A DNA stretch of 64,000 bases, taken from the NCBI GenBank assembly GCA_965240325.2, contig OZ251248.1:1036554-1100553 (forward strand), given 5' to 3'. A program made the translations under genes and the position numbers. How positions within the stretch are numbered: position 1 is the first letter of the stretch; every line of letters starts with the position of its first letter. Under the pieces are notes generated by a model. The model was not told the DNA's origin. It was given only the letters and a program-made list of their open reading frames with translations, and searched no databases. This document shows, in pieces, positions 55,829-64,000 of this stretch. The stretch is from Rebecca billardiae RCC1528 (Eukaryota; Protista; Haptophyta).

Positions 55829-57325
55829 GTGTTTTCGCCCGATTCGCGATTGCTGCCCTCGTCGTCTCGCGTGCAGGTCGAACGGGGGCTAAATCGACGC
55901 GTTGGAGCGGTACGCTCGGCGCGTCGACACGATCGTGCGACCTGGGGCGATCCTCGCCCGACGTGCACGTCGAGCGCTCGCACGGGCCATAGCATCATGC
56001 GCTGCGCAAGACAACCACCTCGCACGATCCACCGTCGCGCGTCGGGCTCGGTGCGGAAACGCATTCATCACGAGGCGTCTCGCGGGCGGGAAGCGCCATC
56101 GCACGCGACGCAAGCTTTGGCGCGGCCTTCTGAACACCATAACCGGAATGCACACACCGGACTGTCGTCGCGTGACCCGGTTGGCAAGGTCGGGCGCATG
56201 CAAATCCGTTTGCTACGGTCGGTGGTGTTCCAGAGCGAGCGATCATCTTTCATCTTTCACGCTCGCGAGCTCGCGGCCAAGGATCGCTTGGCGCTCGAGG
56301 ACCCACGTCCGGCCTGCATGGCGTCGACGGTGGCCAATGCGACGGAGGGGCAGCGCGAAGCGGCGTACGACGCGCACCGCACGCACCTGCCGGGTCTGCC
56401 GCCGTGGCAGGAACCGCGTCTTCGCGAGTCGGCGACTGAGGCGACAGCGCGCTATCACCGATCCCAGGGGCGCATTCGCGACGAGCTGAAACGTCGCGCG
56501 TGCAAGATCGCCGCACCATCCTTGCCCATGGCACGGGCGCTGCGGGACGAGGCCGACGTCGTGAAGCCAGTGGCACATGCGCTGCGCTTCGTGTGCCTGC
56601 TCGAGCAGCGCGTGCCCACCGTCGATCGCGAGTGGCACACGCTCTCGCACTGCGCGCGCGTACACCGCCAACAGCTCCTGATACCGCCGCACGTGCGAGT
56701 GCCGGACCTGTCGCGCGGAGCGGCGAGCGCCGACGAGCGCTTGGACCTGGACGCGCTGTTGCGCAGCGTGGCGGCCGTGCACGACGCCGACGCGACCTTC
56801 GCCGAGCCCATCGTGCCCGGAGCGGACATTGGCATCCTGGCGACACACGATCTCAGCTGGCGACACGAGGAGATGCTCACGATCTCCTCTGGCGGATTCG
56901 TCGGCGGCGAGGCGCTCGACTACGTCATCGCGGTCGAGATGCGGCACATGCAGCGCGTACGCGAGCTCGCGCGAAGCCACGGGCTGCCCGTCCCGCCCCG
57001 CGTGCTGCACGTTCCCTCGTGGGTGTGGACCTTGCTCATGGGCGCGGGCGTGTACGCGTGGGAGAAGGTGGCCGACATCTTTGCGCTCTTCGACCTGAAC
57101 GAGTACGACGTGCTCTCCTTCATCATCAACCAGGACGGCAACCACTGGGCGCAGGGGGTCGTCGACTTGCGGCGCGAGATCATCGAGTACCGCGAGCCCC
57201 TGGGCGGAGGCGACATGATCGGCTTCGTTTCGAACGTGCAGCTGCTGCTCGCCGACGCGCAAGAGACAGAGAGACAGAAATCGGTAGGATGCACTGAACA
57301 TCACACTCCGGCCGCCACAACTTGA
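55829..57325 (+). CDS. Divergent Ulp1/SENP (C48)-like protease ORF in a lower-GC, TE-like region; true start uncertain and probably spliced
   Basis: C-terminal part EEMLTISSGGFVGGEALDYVI..VLHVPSWVWTLL..FDLNEYDVLSFIINQDGNHWAQGVVDLRREIIEYREPLGG aligns by eye to the SENP core. The Cys motif is missing from this ORF. Confidence 0.55.
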   Translation: MFSPDSRLLPSSSRVQVERGLNRRVGAVRSARRHDRATWGDPRPTCTSSARTGHSIMRCARQPPRTIHRRASGSVRKRIHHEASRGREAPSHATQALARPSEHHNRNAHTGLSSRDPVGKVGRMQIRLLRSVVFQSERSSFIFHARELAAKDRLALEDPRPACMASTVANATEGQREAAYDAHRTHLPGLPPWQEPRLRESATEATARYHRSQGRIRDELKRRACKIAAPSLPMARALRDEADVVKPVAHALRFVCLLEQRVPTVDREWHTLSHCARVHRQQLLIPPHVRVPDLSRGAASADERLDLDALLRSVAAVHDADATFAEPIVPGADIGILATHDLSWRHEEMLTISSGGFVGGEALDYVIAVEMRHMQRVRELARSHGLPVPPRVLHVPSWVWTLLMGAGVYAWEKVADIFALFDLNEYDVLSFIINQDGNHWAQGVVDLRREIIEYREPLGGGDMIGFVSNVQLLLADAQETERQKSVGCTEHHTPAATT

Positions 57326-60300
57326 ACTGTTTTCGTGTTTAGCTCCAAGGACAAACCGTCACCGTCAGGCGCACACGGGCACGCCGCCGTCGCACGCCAA
57401 TCAGTTGGCAGTGCGTGCGCGCAGTCGCCAAGGCTCGGCACGATGACGAGTAGCATCACAGTGGGTGCAGGAATACACGCGCAATCACACTGTCGCTGAG
57501 CTCGCACCAGAGTCATCTGTCGCGTTATTATTCGTCAGTGAGTCGGGTAGCTCACAATCATCTCGGTATGATGTCGCATTGTTATTCGTAGTCATCCTGC
57601 CCGTCAAACCGCTATAAATAAAAGGCGCGAACCCGCTGGGGAAATATTGCGACAGCACTGGCACGGCCCGCCGACCCCCCCGCCCGCCAGGGCTGAGTTT
57701 TTCGGGTGGGGATTTTCTTTTCCGAATATGTTGGTGATGCCGTCAGAGCACCACCAACCTCTGCCGCTGGCGGCTGCGCTCACAGCGCGCTGGGCGGCGC
57801 TGGAGGGGCGAGATGGGCGCCGACTGCGCGCCCTCCTGCGGTAGTTGCGTGCCCGCGAAGGCGGTGCGCGTGGTTGAGCGCGGCTGAAGAGCAGCCATTT
57901 GCGTCGTTCCACCGCTCGCCGTTCGGAATCACTGCATCCGCCGCACCTCAGGCCATCGCGTGCGCCGCACCAACAAGGAAGTTGTGTGCATTCCTCGGCT
58001 GACTGCACGCGTGCCGCGAGCAGCGGCGTCGGCGTCCGGCACTTGGTTGCACTGGGCAATGTCCAGGTAGTTTATGCACGCGGCATCGCTCGTCACAATA
58101 CGCTGCCTGGCATACGCATCTGCACGGGTCACACAGCCGTCAAAAGGCATGATCGAGCATCACGCAGCGGTTGGCATCGACCTACGGCGAGGGTCGTGTG
58201 AGCATGCAAAGCACGGACATGCGCCCTTCTGGATAGTGATGTAGTGAGCACATTCCCGCGTGAAAGGAGCGCGCGCCATTCAGGCACCGGAAGCGGCGTC
58301 GGGGCTGGATGCTCACGTCTTAGGCAGGCTGATGCTGCCTTCCGGCTGCACGGGTGCGTCTATCAAGGCTGACCGTGTGTGCACGATGCGCACCGTCAAG
58401 TTCGACACGAACGTCCAGACGTGAGCTACTGCTTGACAAGGTAGTATACACACATTCATACACGCGCCGTGTCATCCGAGGAGGCACATACACGCAGGCC
58501 ATCATGGGCCTCGTTCAGGTATATTCTGCATCAGCACGAACGCATGTTTGTACTAGCTCGGGCCAAGCTTGACGTCGGAGCACGAGTCAGGGAGTTCAAT
58601 GCCGGGGCAGAGCTGGACAGCGGTCACATGTGTGGCCACTCCGCGCGAGCGCACATGCTCCGCGTCACCGCATATCAGCATGGCGTGCGCTGCAACGTCA
58701 TCGTCGGGCCAGAGCGCTTGTTCGACCAATCGGCTCGCATGAATGATGCAATCAGCACACCTGAACGCAGCTGTTCGGACCCGCGCTCATGCGCGGCGGC
58801 GCAAGGTAGCGCAGTGCGTACAGCGTAGGCCTCGCCGCGCGGAAGCGCATGCTCCGTGTGTGTCTCGCCTCGCATGGCGCACGCGGGCGAGGCTGGCCGT
58901 GTGGCGGTGTGCACAGACAAGTGCTGGCCCGAGGCAAGTACAGCCGAATGCGATGCGCGGCGCGAAGCGGCGAATGGCACTTCAGCACGACTGCCCAGCC
59001 CAGCTCGCCGGCTCTGCGCTCGCGGGATCGTCCACACGCACGGGAGCGCGGCGCCGTCGCCCGCTCGCCCGAGACGCGCGCGTCCGCCGCGCAGCGCGCG
59101 GCTGAATAAATGCAAGGCGGAAATAATAACCGTAAAGAAGAAATGGTCCGCGGCCGTCCGGCCGTGCTGCGCAAACGATGTCCTTGCCAGCACTCAGCAG
59201 CGCTCCCTCTGTCCATCCAGCGCCGTGACCATCCCGCAAGGTTCCGCCTCACCTTCTAGACGACGATCTCTGGTTCCAGCATAGGAGACAGTCGAGGTCG
59301 GAGGTGTGGCCCGTGCGAGTGACGGAGTGACCAGCCCGCAGCCGGCCAGTCCTCGTGAGTGCGGTGTGGCGCCACCTGTGCAGCACGACTTCGGGTTCCG
59401 GCATAGCTTCCCCCTGGCTGTGCTCGTGCTGGCTAACCTGACTGACGCGCATCAGTCGGCTGTGACGTCTGACACGATCCGCGGAAACTATACGAATCTT
59501 ACGAACGCGCCCTGGTGCCGGGCCAGGCGCCGCAGACGCACTGCGAGCGAGCCAACCGCGCCGTGCACTGGCCGGTTGACCCACAAGTGGCCATACGGCG
59601 AGACGTCACCAGGCACCTGTCGCACGAGTCGCACGTTAATTCACGTGGTGCGCTCCCTCCGCCTCCCTGCCGATTCAGACTTGATGCCCGGCGCCACAGC
59701 TGACTGTCACCTGACACACACCAGCTCACTACCCCAAGGCCCAGACGTGAGAGGTAAAATGGAGTCTGGGCTGCCGGCCGGAGCCCATCAAGCAGACACG
59801 CCTGCGGCTGCTGCAGCCGCAACGTGCTGGCGATGAGACAGGGGACCAAGACCACCCCGTCCGCACCAAGCCATCCGCGATTGTGGTCATCCAGCCGCCC
59901 GAGGAGCCAGCCTCGCGCAAGCAGGCGGACGCCCGACCACCTGAGCGCGGCACCTGGCCGCAGCACATGCCACACAACGGTGGCGCAGCTGCCAAGGGCA
60001 AGGCAACGCAGAAGGACGCAATCGTGCGGCCAGCGTCGTAGCGGGCATCCATCCAACCCACACGGGAGGCCCGCAGCCGCCTAGCAGCCCAGCCCAGCCC
60101 GTCACAGTCAGTCACAGCACTGGCTCTCGTGCAGCATCCGCACCCTGCGAGCACGGAGAGTTCAGGACGCAACACAGGGCGGCGCGCGCGCGGCAGACGA
60201 GCCAGGCCGTCACCGCCCGCCTCCACAAGCCGCCCCCCCGCGCGCGGCGCGGCGCGCGCCGCGACCCTCGGGTCGAACCGGGACGCACTGCTCACGCCGT

Positions 60301-60916
60301 GGCGCAGCGCGACGGGCGCGGCGCGGCGAGGTCGCATGTGCTTCCCCCGGGGGGCTGAGCGTACTGGCTGAGGCCCCCACGCGCGGCGGACTCCGTGCGC
60401 GCCCCGCCTGATGTGCGCGCGGCGCGCAGCCGCAGCGCGCGGCGGGCCGGTGCCGGTGCGTATTCGGTCTCGTCGGCACCTGTGTGCTCGGTCTCGTCAA
60501 AGCGTTACCCGCATCGGCCCCCAGGCGGCCCCCTTTAGCGCGGTCCTCGACAGCGAGGCCAACCATCGACGCTTGGAAGCCTACGGCCGCGCCAAGCGAC
60601 GGCGCCGAGCGGGCGCGCGCGCGCGGCACGAGAGGTAGACTCCCGTAGCGTGCCTCCACACCCCGCCCGCGCCAGCGCACCCGCTCGCGGCTCTCTTTCC
60701 GCTCCGCGGCGGCGCGCGGCACCCGAGCCGCACTGAACGCGTGCACGGCGCACGCCGTGGCGCGGCGCGACGGGCGCGGCGCGGCGCGCTCGGAGTGAAC
60801 TCGCCCGGGGCTCCGAGCGTACGGGCCGACGCGCCCGCGCGCGGCGCGCTCCGCCCGCGCCCCGCCAAATGCGCGTGTTATCACGAGGCGCGGGTCGCCA
60901 CCCTTACGCGCGGCGG

Positions 60917-61104
60917 CGCGGCCGTCGCGAGGGGTCCCCGCACTTGGCGGCGACGAGAAGCGTCCGGACTCTCCTTGATGTTGCACAAAGCCGCGGGGGC
61001 GGCACGCCCGGATACGCGGCCGTCGCGAGGGGTCCCCGCACTTGGCGGCGACGAGAAGCGTCCGGACTCTCCTTGATGTTGCACAAAGCCGCGGGGGCGG
61101 CACG
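60917..61104. repeat. Two identical 90-bp tandem copies (period 98 bp)
   Basis: 60917-61006 equals 61015-61104. Confidence 0.92.
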
Positions 61105-63209
61105 GTTAAATCCGGGCGTGCCCCCCCCGCGGAAAAAGCGCGCCGATTTTCTCCAACCCTGGGTGCCGTGTCCCCTGTGGCGATCTGTGTGCGTGCAGTA
61201 AGCAGTTTCAGTCCACCCGTCCCCCTCCCAGCCCCCTAACTACATCAAGGCTCCCTGGTATTGAAAAATACCCGCAGCTATTCGTTGCCAGCCCATTTCA
61301 TAGTCACTGGGCTCAAAACATGCCGTCGGCATGTTTTGAGCCCGCTGAGCCGAAGACGGGCTCAGGGGCTTTCTGGGACGGGTGGAGCAGGAGCTCTCCC
61401 GGCGACGACCGTTGGTCGTGAGCAGCGGAAGAAGCGAAATCACGATGCATGAATTGATCAATCATCCTCCAGAGCGGGTAGCCGCAAGGACGGCACGCCG
61501 ATGGGTTTGCATCTGACGGTGCAGACGGGCGCCCGCCCGACATCAGCGGCGTCTGCCGGGGCTGCTGCCGGGAGCTGTACGTACGTAGAGCCTTGCAGCG
61601 GGCGCCCCCGCGCCGCGCACCGGCTCAAAGTGCCCCCGCCCCTCCCCGCCCCCGCCACCTGCCTCCTGTAGTCAGGTGGCGGTGGTGTGACTGTGAGTGA
61701 GCTGGGCAGGCCATGCGACAGCCAGCATGCGGCGATGACTAACCTAGAGCGCAGCGCATGCTGCTGGGCGGCGCGTGGCGCGAGCGCGTCGCGGCCGTGG
61801 CTGGCGCAACGCACGGGCCCAGCCCGCCCCCGCCCCCGCGCCCCCATCTCCCACCTCGTCCGAGCTGCCTCTGGTGCGCACCATCACTGCAGTGAGCCGC
61901 CTACGCGCAGCTGCTGCATGCCGCTGGTCGCGCACGCGCCTCACGTCGAAGGCGCGGCCGCCCCTTACAGGGACGCGTGCACGTGGCGATCGAGACGAGC
62001 ACACCCCAGCGCGGTCAGCGCGGGTCGGCAGTGGCGAGCAGCAGAAGAGCAGTCTCTATGTTGGACGCCGCCGGGCCGAGCTCTGCGCGCAGACTTGGCA
62101 GCTGTTCACGCGTTGCTGACGGGCACCGCGCACTGTGCTGCGTCGTGCAAGCGACGGAAACGCGAGTGCATCCCCCCAGCAAGCGCGCTCGGCCGCTCGG
62201 CCGTGCACCCGCGCGGCCGCGCGCGGCCGGCTGCGTTTGCGTGGATCCGCGGCCGAGCGAGGGGAGTGGCGGTGCGCTCGCGCCGCCGCGCACTGTCGCG
62301 ATGGCAGCGCGTGGGACGTGGTGAGCGGCGCTCTGGGCGCGTGCTTTGACGGCGCGTGGATCCCCTCGCGCACCACTGCGCCGGCGTGCGCGCGCACGCG
62401 ACGCGCACGAGAGCCGCCCTCCGGCGGACGGCCGGGAAGCGGCGCCGCCATGCTGGCTTCCGAGGCCCAGTTGACTTTTCCCTGAATTCCCTCGCCTGGA
62501 ATATCGCGGCGTTGGTCATCTTTTTTTCGCGACGTCACCGACGACCGTTGGTCGCGGCTGCGCGCGAACCAGCATGGCCTCTCCCCACGAGTCTGCATCC
62601 CGCGGCGCCGATGGGCGCTAGCCGCGTCGGACGGGGCCGCCGCGCGCCGGCGAGTACGCGCGTTCCGCGCCGTACCTGCCGCTGCGCCTCGCTCCAGCCC
62701 AAGGCGGCCCCCGCCCCCGCCCCCCGTCTGCCACTCGTCGTCCGGCCTGCCTCGCGCCGCGCGCCGCGCGGGCCGTCCGACAGCCGCGCAGGGCGGTCTG
62801 GGCGGGCAGGCGGCGATGGCGGGCGTCTCTCGGCGGGCCTTGGCTGCGGCGGGCGCATCGTCTAGTCAAGCAGCAGTCGCCCGCGCCCGCGCCCGCCGCC
62901 GCCGTTTGTACTCCTCGATCTGATTGTGCCGCCGCGCACTGGAGTGTTGCTGCGGGCGTGGAGCGCCGCAGCCGGCCCAGCGCCTCGCGCCGGTCGAAGC
63001 GGCCCCCGCCCCGGCCCCCCATCTTACCCTCCGTCAAGCCTGCGCCTGGTGCGCGTAGTGAGCGGTGAACGTGTGCGGCGCGCCCAGCGCGCGCGAGCTG
63101 GATGGCTAACGCCAACCGACTGGTGGTTGCCCCCGCCGCGCATGCCAAGCACACGCAGCAGGGCACGCGGCGGGCGCGGCCGAGCAATGTGTGCCAGGAG
63201 GCCGCGTCG

Positions 63210-63930
63210 ACGCGCGGGCGCTGGGGGCGTCGGCTGAAGGCGCGCCCCGAAGCAAGCGGTGGTGCAGTGCCGCTCCATACCACCGGTAGACCGGGGCGTG
63301 GGGCGCGGCGCCCGGCCCCTCATGGGCGCGCCCCGGCGTGTACATCTTGCCCGGCGTCAGGACTAGAACTGCCACTCGGACGGCGCGGCCGATCTCTGCG
63401 CCGACGAGCGGGCGCTGGGGGCGTGGGCTGAGGGCACGCGCAGAAGCACTGTGGACGTTCACGTCGGCCGATGCCCCGCGTACCGCCTCTGGGTCCGTCG
63501 CTGAGTGCCACTTGACTGGCTCGGCCCGCCGTGTGCCACTGACTGGCTCGGCACCCGCGGGCGCGGCTCCAACCAGCCGCGACGCGCACGCTGTGGCGGC
63601 CCATCAGGCCGGTAATTGGGAGTGTCCTCGCGGTTGCGGCTCGCCCGGGGGTCTCTGCGGCCGGCCACGTCGGCCGACGCCCCGCGTACTGGCTCTGGGG
63701 CTGTCGCTGAGGGCCTCAGTACGCGCTCGGCCGTGCCGTGTGCCACTGGCCGTCGTGGCTCCAGTCGTTGGCCGCCGAGCTCACGAGTCACGCTGTGGCG
63801 GCGCACCGGGGCGGTAGTTGGGAGTGCCCTTGCGGTTTCAGCTCGCCCAGGGTCCACTGCGGCCGTCCACGTCGTCAAATGCCACGCACACACGCACACC
63901 GCCTCTGGGTCCGTCGCTGAGTGCTACCGT
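63210..63930. repeat. Degenerate tandem repeats of about 200 bp
   Basis: Blocks recur about 200 or 400 bp apart: gcgggcgctgggggcgt (about 63213/63408), acgtcggccgaYgccccgcgtac (about 63461/63667), cacgctgtggcggc (about 63587/63789), accgcctctgggtccgtcgctgagtgc (about 63482/63898). Confidence 0.75.
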
Positions 63931-64000
63931 TCCCGCTAGGCCGCCCAGCTTATTGCAGTGTGCCACTGCAATAAGCACGGACGGACTGTCTCAGCGCCGC

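Noticed and set aside
60260-60600. tRNA-like GGTTCGACCC (minus strand, about 60270) and 5S-like GCCTACGGCC (about 60579)
   Set aside because: No cloverleaf stems form, and the 5S similarity stops after about 10 nt.
61150-61245. CAACCCT / CCCTAAC as a telomerase RNA template
   Set aside because: Neither gives the roughly 1.5 telomere repeats a template needs, and no other supporting elements are recognisable.

Overview
This is eukaryotic nuclear DNA, very GC-rich and gene-dense, with short (GC)n-rich spliceosomal introns. The style suggests a Pavlovales-type haptophyte alga, which is an inference from composition and intron style only. Most long ORFs in the supplied track are antisense shadows or fragments of spliced genes. 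About 19 genes can be reconstructed between 1 and 55.5 kb: a GT14 xylosyltransferase-like protein, a 7TM (GPCR)-PIP kinase fusion, a TORTIFOLIA1/SPR2-like protein, two intronless F-box/RCC1 paralogues, a PAN+SGNH protein, MOR2/Furry, an MFS transporter, RPL9, RPL27A, RPS30, an RCC1-like+SRCR membrane protein, VPS53, SPEF1, AlaRS, an FkbM-like methyltransferase and several hypothetical proteins. A TSD-flanked insertion sits directly next to a 1.3-kb TIR element at 34-35.7 kb. From about 55.5 kb the sequence becomes lower-GC, TE-like or repetitive DNA with a divergent Ulp1-like protease ORF, hairpins and degenerate repeats. Main observations: (1) the heptamer AGTCCGG occurs in all six short head-to-head promoters; (2) the GPCR-PIPK carries the LR(x)9GI linker, and its first intron holds 12 tandem copies of its own exon end plus splice donor; (3) AlaRS has two N-terminal docking-type motifs; (4) the MFS presequence ends in a ubiquitin-like LRLRGG; (5) the Ulp1-like protease has a non-canonical triad. 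Domain calls come from motif recognition by eye; no searches were run.
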